From a virus: a stretch of DNA of 64,000 nucleotides. Where the stretch lies: the UHGV virus genome UHGV-0219032; one strand, 5' to 3'. A program made the translations under genes and the position numbers. Shown one piece after another: positions 36,343 to 46,751 of this stretch. Below the pieces are notes generated by a model. It saw only the letters and a list, made by a program, of their open reading frames with translations, made no database searches and was not told the DNA's origin. Within the stretch, counting starts at the first letter, position 1, and each line of letters starts with the position of its first letter.

Positions 36343-37653
36343 ATGAGAGAGTTGCAAAAAATATTTGCCAAAAAGAAAACAGAAAATGGAGATGATTCCT
36401 ATAAGACAACAGGTAATAAAATGATAGATTTATTGTTTATGACACAATATTTCAGAAATCATTTAAACCATGCTCATATAGGTGATAGTGAAAAAGAAAA
36501 ATTATTTGCTAAATTTATTAGAGACCCAAGATATGGTATTGGAGAAAGAGATTTAGGTAGAGTATTAATGGCTCAAGCTAATATATCTCCAATGGAAGTA
36601 TTAGAATGTGGTAGAGCTGATGATTTGATTTATATGTCTATTGAAAGTGGAGATAATAAATATATAAATCATTTTATTGAATTGTTAAAGAATGGAGATT
36701 ATCATATGAAAAAATGGTCTCCTAGATTAACAAGTGGTAATAAATCAAAACAAATAGCTAAGTTTATTAGAAAACAATTAAAATTGACTGAAAAAGAATA
36801 TAGACAGTTAATTAAATGTGATACAACAGAAATGAGAGTTTGTCATCATACTCCAGTTAAAGATTATTCTCAAGTTCCATCATTAGCATTTTTAAAACAT
36901 AAAAATACATTCCTTAAACAAGATGAAGAAAGATTTAAAAAGTTTATGGAAGAAGTTAATAATGGTACTAAGAAAATTAAAACATCAACAACAACACCAT
37001 ATGATGTATTTAAAAAATGTGTTAAAAATAATTATTATGGAGAAATAAGGGTTGACAAAGATGCAAATATATTATTTAATTCATTACCACAAATAAATGT
37101 TGGTAGTATTTTACCAATAATTGATAATAGTGCATCAATGTATGATGAATGTGATTCTCAAGGAAAAGCAAAAGCAATAGGACATTATGTTGCTAAAAAC
37201 TCAACATATATGCCTAACTATGTTGTAACATTTAGTTCAAATCCAAAATTATTAAAATTAGGTAATACATATGAAGAAGATATGAAAAAATTAACTTCAT
37301 ATGATGATTGTTCTAATACAGATTTTGGTAGAGTTATGAATTTATTAGGTCAACTTGAAGAAGATGTACCAGATTATTTATTGGTATTATCAGATATGGA
37401 ATTTGATATTGGTTCTAGTGCATCTAAAACTAAAACAATGAAAAAATTTAAAGAAAAAGGTATTAAAACTAGAATTATTTGGTGGAATTTTAATACTAGA
37501 AATACAACTTCACCAGAGATGGATTATGAAGGAAATATTTTTATAAGTGGTTATTCTCCACAATTATTAAAATTCCTAGAGAGTGGTTTTAATGCTGAAC
37601 AATTTTTAGATAAGCTTTTAGAAGAATATCAAAATAAAATAGCAAATAAATAA
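36343..37653 (+). CDS. vWA-domain protein (DUF2828-like)
   Basis: MIDAS-like DNSASM (DxSxS) in the C-terminal half; 436 aa; RBS ggaggt. Confidence 0.45.
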   Translation: MRELQKIFAKKKTENGDDSYKTTGNKMIDLLFMTQYFRNHLNHAHIGDSEKEKLFAKFIRDPRYGIGERDLGRVLMAQANISPMEVLECGRADDLIYMSIESGDNKYINHFIELLKNGDYHMKKWSPRLTSGNKSKQIAKFIRKQLKLTEKEYRQLIKCDTTEMRVCHHTPVKDYSQVPSLAFLKHKNTFLKQDEERFKKFMEEVNNGTKKIKTSTTTPYDVFKKCVKNNYYGEIRVDKDANILFNSLPQINVGSILPIIDNSASMYDECDSQGKAKAIGHYVAKNSTYMPNYVVTFSSNPKLLKLGNTYEEDMKKLTSYDDCSNTDFGRVMNLLGQLEEDVPDYLLVLSDMEFDIGSSASKTKTMKKFKEKGIKTRIIWWNFNTRNTTSPEMDYEGNIFISGYSPQLLKFLESGFNAEQFLDKLLEEYQNKIANK

Positions 37654-37657
37654 AATA

Positions 37658-37688
37658 AAGGGGTACATTTGCTACCCCTTATTTTTTA
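37658..37688 (+). terminator. rho-independent terminator
   Basis: aaggggtacatttgctacccctt followed by attttttat. Confidence 0.55.
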
Positions 37689-38484
37689 TAATAGGAGGAT
37701 AAAAGTGAAATTACAAAAAAGAGGTTATCAACATTATTATATAAATCAAGAAGATGTACCAAAGGATTTAGGAGCTGATACAGCTATAATTTACGAAACA
37801 CCAAGTAGAATATATGGGTATGATGATTTATTTAGTTTAGCTACAATGAATATAAAAGGTATAAATTATCAAAATATTAATAAAGAAAATTTAACTCATA
37901 ACTTGGTATTTTGTTGGAAACAAATAGAAAATTTAAAAAGAGAATTAGCAAGTGAAAAAATTAAAAATGAAATATTAACAAAGAGATTAGCTGATTATAA
38001 TATTCAAACATCTTTAACTCCAGAGGAAATAGAAGAATATGAATTTATGTTATCAGAAATACTAACTAGAGAAATTAAAAAAATAACAGATGAACCATCA
38101 GTAATTAATCTTAAAGAAGAAATCACAAATAGAGTAAGAGCTGAATTAGCTAAGGTAGAATATGAAACTAAAAATTCATACAAATATAATATAGTAAGAA
38201 TTAATAATGCTTTAAAATATAATGATATACTTTTAGATAATGTTATGAATGGTAAAAGTAGAGATTTATCTATTAAAGATAGAGCTAAGGTAATTTTAGA
38301 TATTCAAAAGGCTAATAGGGATAATATTATTCAATTAAAAGAAATTTGTAAGGAATTAGGTATTAATTTTAAAGATACCCAAAATCCACAAATAGAGAAT
38401 GAAAATGTAACACCAGAAAACCAAAATAATAATAGTCAATCAAGTAAAATAGATTTAGGTTCATTTTTAAATTTAAATAAATAG
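37669..38484 (+). CDS. hypothetical protein, possibly terminase small subunit (position only)
   Basis: 271-aa coiled-coil ORF immediately upstream of TerL. Confidence 0.3.
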   Translation: MLPLIFYNRRIKVKLQKRGYQHYYINQEDVPKDLGADTAIIYETPSRIYGYDDLFSLATMNIKGINYQNINKENLTHNLVFCWKQIENLKRELASEKIKNEILTKRLADYNIQTSLTPEEIEEYEFMLSEILTREIKKITDEPSVINLKEEITNRVRAELAKVEYETKNSYKYNIVRINNALKYNDILLDNVMNGKSRDLSIKDRAKVILDIQKANRDNIIQLKEICKELGINFKDTQNPQIENENVTPENQNNNSQSSKIDLGSFLNLNK

Positions 38485-40455
38485 GTGATAATTATGCTAG
38501 ATAGACTTTCAGATGGAGAATTAAATCAACTTAAATCTATTGAAGTTGTTATTAATGATATTAAATGTGGAATGAATATAAACGAAAATATAAAATTATT
38601 ATCTATTAGGCATAATATAACAAAATCTTATTTACAAGATATTAGAAAACCATTTTTACATGAAGATGATTTAAGATATATTGAAGATTTAAATAATAGG
38701 ATATGGCAAATATTAGAACCAGTTTATGATAACTTATCACAATTAGCTTTGGAACATATGCACCAATGGTACAAAAGGGTTAGAAAAGCTAGTGGAGAAG
38801 TTGACCCAAAACTATATCAATATCAATTAGATTTAGCATTTTGGTTACTTTCAGCTATAATAAAAAATGAATTGCCAGATGCTCTATATACATTATTGGT
38901 AAGTAGAGGAAGTGGAAAAACATTTACTCTTTCTGTTGTCGCTGTATTTCTTTTATTACATTGGGAGAATTATATTCTACATAATTCATCAACAGATTGG
39001 GTTTTAATAGTAACAGCTCCACAAGACGACCAATTAGCATCATTTAAAAATTATATTAATGAATTAATTGATGTTTCAAAAAGTATAGGTATAATTTCTG
39101 ATTCTTACAAAATATCATCTGAAATGAATTTAGTTCAAACTAAAAGAAATGATAAAGAACTTAATATAAATAGAGATAATGGGGCTAAATATGGAATAGT
39201 ATATTTTAGATTAGGTTCTCAACAAGTAGAATCATTACATGGAAATTTATTACTTTCAGATGAAAGTAAATTCTTAACTAAACAAGCAATTCAAACATCT
39301 ATGCTACCAGCTGTTGGAGGTAGAAGTGGTATATTTGTTATGCTATCTTCAGCTCATAATAAATGGTCTCAATACCAAGAATATGTAGAAATGAATATGG
39401 AATTAGATTTAGAGGATTATCATAATCTCGGAACTAGATGTATTATGAGCGGTTCAAATGAAACTAGAGATTTATGTTTTAATGGTAGAAGATTATTTAT
39501 TCAACATTGGTCTCAAATGATTAGATATAATAATAAATATGCAATAACTATTCAAAGAGCTTTAAATGCTGTGGATAATAATAGAGATGAGGAATCATTT
39601 GCTACACAATATGATAATAGATTTTTGGCTGTAAAATCAGCATCATTCTTTGATATAAGAGCATTAAAAGAAATGAAAACTGTATTCCAACATTATGATG
39701 CTCATAAATATCTAAATAATTATAATTATTGTATTATTGCTGGTGTAGACTTTGCTATTACTGGGGATATTTCAGATTTTACTATTAAAGCAGTACCAAA
39801 TACATGGGGAACTAATAGAGAGTCTATATTATTATTTAAATATGTATTAAATCCAAGTAAAGATAAAAATATAGATGCTATAATTAATCAATTACATATT
39901 ATATTTAAATATGTAAAATTATATAATATTTCAGCAATTATATTTGATGAAACTGGATTAGGCAAATCATCTCCAGAATTATTCAAAGAAATTTTAAGAA
40001 AAAATAATTATACAAAATTATCAGAAAATAATGTATATGGTTTTGAATTTAAAGCAAAGAAGAGAACAGATTTATTGGAATTTTATTGGGGTAGAATCCA
40101 GGCCGGAAAAGAAATTATGCCAAATATTCCAAAAGAGTGGGAAGATGAAGATACATTAAAAAGATTATATATGGAAGCTGTAAATAAAATTGATGAGAAA
40201 TCATGCTATATTAGACATATACATGAACATGCTATGTTTTCAAGAAATGAAATTAAGAATGATAACATGGAAGTAGTAGTAGAATATAGACAAGCAAATT
40301 ATAAATATTTACATGATGATAGTATAATGAGTAGTTCTATGTGTTCATATATATTATATCTAAATCCAAATATACATTCTTTGGGAGAACAAGCACAAAT
40401 AACAACTTTAAAAACAGCTCAAATATTAAAAAATAGATTTAGAAGAGGTAGATAA
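38485..40455 (+). CDS. terL: terminase large subunit
   Basis: Walker A VSRGSGKTF, Walker B LLLSDESKF, and C-terminal RNaseH-like nuclease motifs GVDFAITGDISDF and IFDETG. Confidence 0.8.
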   Translation: MIIMLDRLSDGELNQLKSIEVVINDIKCGMNINENIKLLSIRHNITKSYLQDIRKPFLHEDDLRYIEDLNNRIWQILEPVYDNLSQLALEHMHQWYKRVRKASGEVDPKLYQYQLDLAFWLLSAIIKNELPDALYTLLVSRGSGKTFTLSVVAVFLLLHWENYILHNSSTDWVLIVTAPQDDQLASFKNYINELIDVSKSIGIISDSYKISSEMNLVQTKRNDKELNINRDNGAKYGIVYFRLGSQQVESLHGNLLLSDESKFLTKQAIQTSMLPAVGGRSGIFVMLSSAHNKWSQYQEYVEMNMELDLEDYHNLGTRCIMSGSNETRDLCFNGRRLFIQHWSQMIRYNNKYAITIQRALNAVDNNRDEESFATQYDNRFLAVKSASFFDIRALKEMKTVFQHYDAHKYLNNYNYCIIAGVDFAITGDISDFTIKAVPNTWGTNRESILLFKYVLNPSKDKNIDAIINQLHIIFKYVKLYNISAIIFDETGLGKSSPELFKEILRKNNYTKLSENNVYGFEFKAKKRTDLLEFYWGRIQAGKEIMPNIPKEWEDEDTLKRLYMEAVNKIDEKSCYIRHIHEHAMFSRNEIKNDNMEVVVEYRQANYKYLHDDSIMSSSMCSYILYLNPNIHSLGEQAQITTLKTAQILKNRFRRGR

Positions 40456-40467
40456 TACCTCTTTTTA
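40445..40467 (+). terminator. terminator hairpin at the terminase stop
   Basis: agaggtagataatacctct followed by ttttat. Confidence 0.45.
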
Positions 40468-40511
40468 TAATTGACATAACATTTTTCTCGTCAGTATTAT
40501 GTGAAAGAGAG
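40465..40511 (+). repeat. 47-bp exact direct repeat, copy 2 (late-promoter-like), 20 nt before the ATG at 40517
   Basis: Identical to 34088..34134; followed by gaggtattATG. Confidence 0.6.
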
Positions 40512-40516
40512 GTATT

Positions 40517-40858
40517 ATGAGAAAAGAAATATATGATTATCAAATTTTATATTTTGATAAAGAATATAAAAATAAAATAATTAAATATGTTGTTGATAAA
40601 ATTGTGAATAAGGAAAAAGCTGAAACAACATTTATTTTTATATCAGAATTAGATAAGGATAATCGTGCAATTCTTGATTCAATTACATTACCTTATGCTA
40701 TTGTGGAAAATATAAGAGTTTTATCTTTTTATTTATCTGATGATAATATAGTTAAAAAAGATGAACAAATTGATATAATGAGACACAATATATCTTATAG
40801 AAAAAACAATTATAATAGATTTTTTAAAGTTATGGGAGGTGGAAGAAAATTTATCTAA
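40517..40858 (+). CDS. hypothetical protein
   Basis: 113-aa ORF. Confidence 0.35.
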   Translation: MRKEIYDYQILYFDKEYKNKIIKYVVDKIVNKEKAETTFIFISELDKDNRAILDSITLPYAIVENIRVLSFYLSDDNIVKKDEQIDIMRHNISYRKNNYNRFFKVMGGGRKFI

Positions 40859-40965
40859 ATGGACAATTATTAAATAAAACTAGAAATCAAATAGAAGCAA
40901 TAAAAAATAAAGTAATTTATAGTAACTATTTAGATGATAGATATAGAATATTCTCTGAAAGATTT

Positions 40966-42285
40966 ATGGATAGAGATACATTAAATTCCAATGAAGCTTT
41001 ACCAAAAGAAGCATTTTATCCCACTAATGACTTTAAAGATGTTATTTCTGAAATTACAAATCAATTACCAACAAACTTTAATATAGTTGGTAAAGAATCT
41101 GAATTTTTAAGAAGGGTTTTGGTAGATGGTTCTCATTTTAAAAGTATGATAAATGCTGTTTATGAAGAAGGTTTATTATCAAAATCAGCTTTTGTTTTAA
41201 TGAAACCAAAATTATCAACTACAAGTGAAGATTTAATGGTTGTAGATTTTGAAGTTCTACCATATGAAAATTGTTATCCAGAATATGATATTTTTACTAA
41301 TGAATTAAATAAATTAACTTATCAAGAAGAAAGAATATATATGGATGTAGATGAGGAAATTAAATTTCTTTATACAGTTATATATACAAAAGATAAAATA
41401 CAAACATTCATTAGGGATTATTCTGGAAAAAGAATTGCAAATTTGCCAGATAATCAAATTGTTGAAAATCCATTTAAAAGTATAAACTTATTACCAGTTG
41501 TGGAGTTTAAATGTATTAAACAAAAAAATGATAAGGCTTTTGCAAGTAAATTAATAGAGATACAATTACAATTAGATAATCTTAATACAAATATTGAAAA
41601 TTTAATTAATATGCACTCTAATCCAATTTACATTATAAAAAATACTAGAAGAATGTGGAATGGTTTTTTATTAGGTGCTGGACAGATATTAACATTACAA
41701 GATGATGAAGATTTTGATATAAAAAGGTCTGATATGCAACTTGTAGCACTTGATACTAGATATAATATGAAAAGAGATGAAATATATAAAACGTCTGGAT
41801 TAGTTCCACCATCATTAAGAGAGAAAATGTATGGTACGGATTCATCAAAGGTTGTTAAAATTGCATCATCTGAACTAATTGGTGTAGCTAGAATATTAAT
41901 GAATAATTTTAAAAAACCTTTATTATCAATAGTTCAAGTTTTATTAAGTTTAAATGGAAAAACTTTTACTAATGAAACTATATCACCACCCGAAGAAGTA
42001 TTACCATATGATTTAGAAACAGTTTTTGCAACAATGGCTGTTGGTATGAATTTAGGTCTTGTAGATGATGAATGGTTTTGGAATAAATATATGCCAGAGA
42101 TTTCTGAAGAACAAAAAGAAAGAATTAGAGATTCATACAAAGAAAGATATGGTAGTAGTGAAACAAATAATAATAGTGCATTAAATGTTGATAATAGAGC
42201 TAAAGTACCAGATAAACCAATGGGAAATAAAGAACAAGCAAATACAAGTAAAGAAGATAGAGATGGAAAAGTTAAAAAAGAATAG
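40966..42285 (+). CDS. portal protein (by position and size)
   Basis: 439 aa, downstream of TerL and upstream of scaffold and capsid genes. Confidence 0.45.
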   Translation: MDRDTLNSNEALPKEAFYPTNDFKDVISEITNQLPTNFNIVGKESEFLRRVLVDGSHFKSMINAVYEEGLLSKSAFVLMKPKLSTTSEDLMVVDFEVLPYENCYPEYDIFTNELNKLTYQEERIYMDVDEEIKFLYTVIYTKDKIQTFIRDYSGKRIANLPDNQIVENPFKSINLLPVVEFKCIKQKNDKAFASKLIEIQLQLDNLNTNIENLINMHSNPIYIIKNTRRMWNGFLLGAGQILTLQDDEDFDIKRSDMQLVALDTRYNMKRDEIYKTSGLVPPSLREKMYGTDSSKVVKIASSELIGVARILMNNFKKPLLSIVQVLLSLNGKTFTNETISPPEEVLPYDLETVFATMAVGMNLGLVDDEWFWNKYMPEISEEQKERIRDSYKERYGSSETNNNSALNVDNRAKVPDKPMGNKEQANTSKEDRDGKVKKE

Positions 42286-42293
42286 GAGGAAGA

Positions 42294-42857
42294 ATGGAGA
42301 ATAAAAAAATAAAATATTGGTTACATGCTGATGAAGATGATAAAAAAGAGCCAGATAAAAAAGAACCAGAACAAAAGAAAGAACCAACTTTTAATGAAGA
42401 TGAGTTCTTAAAAAAAATAATGGAAGCTGTGGATAAAAAATTAGAAGGAATTAAAATTAATCCTCAAGAACCAGAAAAAAAGAAAGAATCAGAAAAGGAA
42501 GATAAAGAAATTCAAAATAGAGACCCAAGAGTTGATGATATAATAGAAAATCTCAAGGCTCAAAATCAATTATTCTTAATGAATAAAAAAGAAGAATTGA
42601 AATCAAAATATAATTTATCAGATGAAGATGTAGCTGAAATAAATACTTTAGAAGATTTAAATAAGTATGAAAAAATTTATGCTAAATCTTTTGAGAAAGC
42701 AAAAGAAACATATTTATCAGAGGAAACAATAGCTAAAGAATTAGCAAAAAGAAAAAAAATGATTGCTGATATGGATAATAAACCCGGAGAAGAAGCTATG
42801 AAAAAACAACATGATAATATGACTAAAGAAATATTTAAACTTATTAATAAAAAATAA
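42294..42857 (+). CDS. scaffolding protein (acidic, coiled-coil)
   Basis: Highly charged KKEPDKKEPEQKKEP repeats. Position between portal and capsid. Confidence 0.45.
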   Translation: MENKKIKYWLHADEDDKKEPDKKEPEQKKEPTFNEDEFLKKIMEAVDKKLEGIKINPQEPEKKKESEKEDKEIQNRDPRVDDIIENLKAQNQLFLMNKKEELKSKYNLSDEDVAEINTLEDLNKYEKIYAKSFEKAKETYLSEETIAKELAKRKKMIADMDNKPGEEAMKKQHDNMTKEIFKLINKK

Positions 42858-42868
42858 AGGAGGACTAA

Positions 42869-43288
42869 ATGGCAAAATTAACAATAGTTGCAGTTCAACA
42901 TGAATGTGGAGCTGAAGGTTTAAGAGGACAAGGTTATCCAATAATTGCAAAGGCTAAATTAACTAAAGGTCAAATAGTAACAGCTGGTGGAGAATTAGCA
43001 AGTGCTACTGATGCAAATAAACCACCTTTTGGATATGTAGGTTGGGATACAGGAGAAAGAATGGGAGAGGTTGCAAAAGACCAAATATTTAGAGCTGTAA
43101 GGGAAGCTTGGGTAGAATTAGATACAGCAAAACCAGCTGGAACTAAAATATATCTATCTGACACAGCAGGAGAATTAGCTGATGCTCAAGGAACAACACC
43201 TATGATAGTTGGTTATTACATAGCTGACCCAGAAAACCCAACATCAAATTCAACAATGGCAATATTAGATTTTTCAAATTTATATTAA
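42869..43288 (+). CDS. small structural protein, possibly a head decoration protein (DUF2190-like)
   Basis: 139 aa, the most GC-rich gene locally, between scaffold and capsid. Confidence 0.3.
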   Translation: MAKLTIVAVQHECGAEGLRGQGYPIIAKAKLTKGQIVTAGGELASATDANKPPFGYVGWDTGERMGEVAKDQIFRAVREAWVELDTAKPAGTKIYLSDTAGELADAQGTTPMIVGYYIADPENPTSNSTMAILDFSNLY

Positions 43289-43302
43289 TATAGGAGGAAT
43301 AA

Positions 43303-44367
43303 ATGGCACAAAAATTTAGTATAAAACAAGATATATTTAAATTTTTAACTGAAAAGCAAAAAGCAGACCAATCAACAGGTATGTTAGCATATTCTGATTA
43401 TGATATGTGGTTTGAAGCTTTATCAAGTATTGAAAAAATAGATTTAACATTAGCTATGATTAACAATTTAGAAAGATTAGACCCAATGTTAGATTCAATT
43501 AAATATGAAACAGAATCAGCACAAGTTGTAGAGGAATATATGGTCGCTAAGTTCAATCAAGGTAACTGGGATGTAGCTGGTAAAGCATATAAACCTATTT
43601 TACAAGATTTAAATATTCCATATGATGATTATTCTTGTGGTGTAGAAATTTCAGAAAAAATGGCTCTAAAAAATGAGAATGGTGTAATTAATAGAGTTTT
43701 AGGTGCTATTATACCAGCATATCAAAGAATGTTAAGAGGTATGGCTTTAAGGGCTGTTATGATATTACCATCTGATGAATCTAAATATACTCCATGTTTC
43801 TGGAGAAATACATCTGGATTCTCAAGTGCTGAAAATAAATTAACTCCACACCCAAATGGATTACTTAAATTTACTAATGCTGAAACACATTATATTGGTA
43901 AAAACACTTATGAAAAAGATATGATAAAAGAATTAGATAAGAAAATTAGAAGTAAGGGTTATGGAACAAATGGTGTTGTTATAGTTGCATCAGATAGTAC
44001 ATGGGATAAATATGAAGCAGTTTATACAGCAGATGATATGAAAAAAATAGATTTAGTATCTATGACTGATGAATTTGCTCCAAAAATTGGTGAAATGACT
44101 TTAGTTAGATTCCCAGATACAGATTTCCCAGTTGATTATTTCTTTGCATATGACCCAACAGTAACTTTCTTAGCTCATAAAATTTCTGATAATAAGAACA
44201 CAAAAGGATTAATGAGAATGTTCTCAACTTTTGAAGAAGCTAGAACATCACATAGAGCTGATTTCAAAGTATTTGAAAATGGTATGGGTGTAGTAGAAAA
44301 AGGTGCTGGAGCTGTAATGTATGTTGGAAATACAACATATCAAAATCCAGATTTATCAGCTCTTTAA
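43303..44367 (+). CDS. major capsid protein
   Basis: 354 aa; assigned by position after the scaffold gene and the hairpin that follows; no family signature confirmed. Confidence 0.5.
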   Translation: MAQKFSIKQDIFKFLTEKQKADQSTGMLAYSDYDMWFEALSSIEKIDLTLAMINNLERLDPMLDSIKYETESAQVVEEYMVAKFNQGNWDVAGKAYKPILQDLNIPYDDYSCGVEISEKMALKNENGVINRVLGAIIPAYQRMLRGMALRAVMILPSDESKYTPCFWRNTSGFSSAENKLTPHPNGLLKFTNAETHYIGKNTYEKDMIKELDKKIRSKGYGTNGVVIVASDSTWDKYEAVYTADDMKKIDLVSMTDEFAPKIGEMTLVRFPDTDFPVDYFFAYDPTVTFLAHKISDNKNTKGLMRMFSTFEEARTSHRADFKVFENGMGVVEKGAGAVMYVGNTTYQNPDLSAL

Positions 44368-44382
44368 TAATCAATAAAATAT

Positions 44383-44410
44383 GGGGTAGGCAACTACCCC
44401 TAATTAAAAT
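44383..44410 (+). terminator. GC-rich hairpin after the capsid gene
   Basis: ggggtaggcaactacccc followed by taattaaaat. Confidence 0.4.
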
Positions 44411-44422
44411 AATGGAGGTAAT

Positions 44423-45133
44423 ATGGATTTAGAATTAGAAAATTTAACAGTTAAAGAATTAAAAGAATTAGCAGATAATAAAAATATACCATATGAAAAT
44501 AATATAAAAAAAGATGATTTAATTTTATTATTACAAAATTCCGAACCACAAAAAACTTATTCTTTAAATGATGTTATTGCTGAAATTAAAGAAAATGAAG
44601 AAATAATCAAATCAAAAAAATATAGAAATGATGAAATTGTAAAAAATAATAAATATTTAGATTCAAGAATTATGGAAGTTAAAACATTAACTGATATAAC
44701 ACCTGAAGATAAAAAATCAAGAATAGAACATTTTAATAAAATTAAAGATGAAAACTCAAGACAATTTAATGAAAATACTAAATTAATATCTGAATTAGAA
44801 TTAAAGTTAGTAGATTTAAATGCTACAAAAATGGATTTAGGTGAAAGTTCTATTAAGGAACTTAAAAAAGAATATAATAAAATCCAAAAAGAAATTTCTT
44901 TATATCCAGAAACTATGGCAAAAGAAGTTGCTAGAATGTCTAATGAGTATTCTGAAAAAGTAAATCATGGTAGAGAATTAGAAAATAAAATTATGGAATT
45001 ATGTAATTTATTTGCTATTCCATATACTAAAGATATTGTAGCTCAAGGAAAATTAACTATTTCAGAGAAAACTCAATTAGTAAATAGACTAAAGGATTTA
45101 TCAAAAATAAATGCTCGTTTAGCATCTAGGTAG
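44423..45133 (+). CDS. hypothetical coiled-coil protein (head morphogenesis region)
   Basis: 236-aa ORF with RBS ggaggt. Confidence 0.3.
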   Translation: MDLELENLTVKELKELADNKNIPYENNIKKDDLILLLQNSEPQKTYSLNDVIAEIKENEEIIKSKKYRNDEIVKNNKYLDSRIMEVKTLTDITPEDKKSRIEHFNKIKDENSRQFNENTKLISELELKLVDLNATKMDLGESSIKELKKEYNKIQKEISLYPETMAKEVARMSNEYSEKVNHGRELENKIMELCNLFAIPYTKDIVAQGKLTISEKTQLVNRLKDLSKINARLASR

Positions 45134-45141
45134 GTGATTAT

Positions 45142-45387
45142 ATGTCTGATATAATTAACACTAAAAGACCCATAGAGGAAATTATAGAGGATATTAAAAA
45201 AATAAAATCAGAAATGGCAAATACCAATTCTTCAGAAAAAATTGATGATATGGCTATTACATATAGAAGTATTGATGAACTAAAAGATATACTTATCATA
45301 TTGGAAAATGAACTAAAAGATGCTCAAGGTCAAGATACTCAAAAATGGGTCTCTGGAGTTAGAAGAGGTTTTGGTACATGGAGGTAA
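45142..45387 (+). CDS. hypothetical protein
   Basis: 81-aa ORF. Confidence 0.3.
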   Translation: MSDIINTKRPIEEIIEDIKKIKSEMANTNSSEKIDDMAITYRSIDELKDILIILENELKDAQGQDTQKWVSGVRRGFGTWR

Positions 45388-45815
45388 ATGTAGTTCAAAA
45401 AGATGATAGAAGAAAAATTGATAAAATTTTAGTCAACTTTGAAGATTGTAATTTTGAAGATTATATTGGTTTAATATCATCTATTAATCCTGTTGAAACA
45501 CAAAGAGGTATATATAATGAATATGGAACAGCAAATGCTCCAGCTAGACCTTTTATAGAACCAACTTATTTAAAAAATGAAAAATATTTGATTCAACAAG
45601 TTCTTAAAAATTTAAAAAAATTTGAATCTCCAAAAGTATTTATTTCAAAATTAAGTGGTGAAATGGTAGAGAAAATTAGACATAAAATAGATATTATGAA
45701 ATATCCAAAATTGGCACCATCTACTGTGGCAAGAAAAGGTCATGATAAACTTTTAAAAGATACATATGAAATGTATAATGCAATTAAAACAGTTAGGAGG
45801 GTTATTACAAAATGA
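45378..45815 (+). CDS. hypothetical protein, putative head-tail connector component
   Basis: 145 aa; position only. Confidence 0.3.
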   Translation: MEVNVVQKDDRRKIDKILVNFEDCNFEDYIGLISSINPVETQRGIYNEYGTANAPARPFIEPTYLKNEKYLIQQVLKNLKKFESPKVFISKLSGEMVEKIRHKIDIMKYPKLAPSTVARKGHDKLLKDTYEMYNAIKTVRRVITK

Positions 45816-46180
45816 AATTTAATATAAAAATGATACAATTAGTAAAAGATAACTCTCAACCATTTAGTGTTACTAGAAAACAAAATGGAAGTATTAATGA
45901 AGATGGAAGCTATGATGGAGGACAAGAAATTACTTTTTTAAGTAATTTTATGGTAACAACAGCAAAAAAAGAAGATGTAAATTTATTAAATATTGGTAAT
46001 ACAAGTTATCAATTAGTAAAAATTAGACAAATGAAAGATGATACAAATTTAATAAAAGAAAATGATGAATTTGTATTTAATGGATTTAATTTTAAAGTAA
46101 TTAAACCTAAATTATATATGGAACATTTTTCTGATTTTTATACATGGTTTGCATTGACAGAGGTTGATGCAAATGATTGA
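45812..46180 (+). CDS. hypothetical protein, putative head-tail connector component
   Basis: 122 aa; position only. Confidence 0.3.
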   Translation: MKFNIKMIQLVKDNSQPFSVTRKQNGSINEDGSYDGGQEITFLSNFMVTTAKKEDVNLLNIGNTSYQLVKIRQMKDDTNLIKENDEFVFNGFNFKVIKPKLYMEHFSDFYTWFALTEVDAND

Positions 46181-46742
46181 TAATAGAAAGTTAACTGGAG
46201 ATATAATTCAAGAAGTTAGAGATTTAATCAAACAAGATATTCAAATTATTAATGGTATAGATTTAAAAAAAATTCCAGAAAAAACATTAAGTTTTCCAAG
46301 AATGATTGTAGATTTGATAGATTATAATGATTCTGAATATGATTATGTAAATAAACATAATAAATATAATCCGGAAACTGATAAAATAGAAATGGAAATA
46401 GAAAAAATACCAAAAGTAACATATAGATTTAGGATTTATAATAATTCTAAAAATAATATTGATATATGGAATATAATTGCTGATATACATAGATATTATA
46501 GTAATCCATATCAAAAAAAATTAAATGGAAATATACAAATTATTTCAACGGATATGATAAAAGATGTATCATCTGGGGTAGATTATGATTATGTTTTAGG
46601 TTATCAATTTACAATGGATTTTATAATGAGTGAGAAATTTATTATGAGTCATGATTATGCTACATCATTAAATGTAAAATTAAATATAAATTATGAAAAT
46701 AAACAAATTGATTCAGTTGAATTACAAATTGATAAAAAATAG
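46164..46742 (+). CDS. hypothetical protein, putative tail completion protein
   Basis: 192 aa; position only. Confidence 0.3.
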   Translation: MMQMIDNRKLTGDIIQEVRDLIKQDIQIINGIDLKKIPEKTLSFPRMIVDLIDYNDSEYDYVNKHNKYNPETDKIEMEIEKIPKVTYRFRIYNNSKNNIDIWNIIADIHRYYSNPYQKKLNGNIQIISTDMIKDVSSGVDYDYVLGYQFTMDFIMSEKFIMSHDYATSLNVKLNINYENKQIDSVELQIDKK

Positions 46743-46751
46743 GAGGAATGT

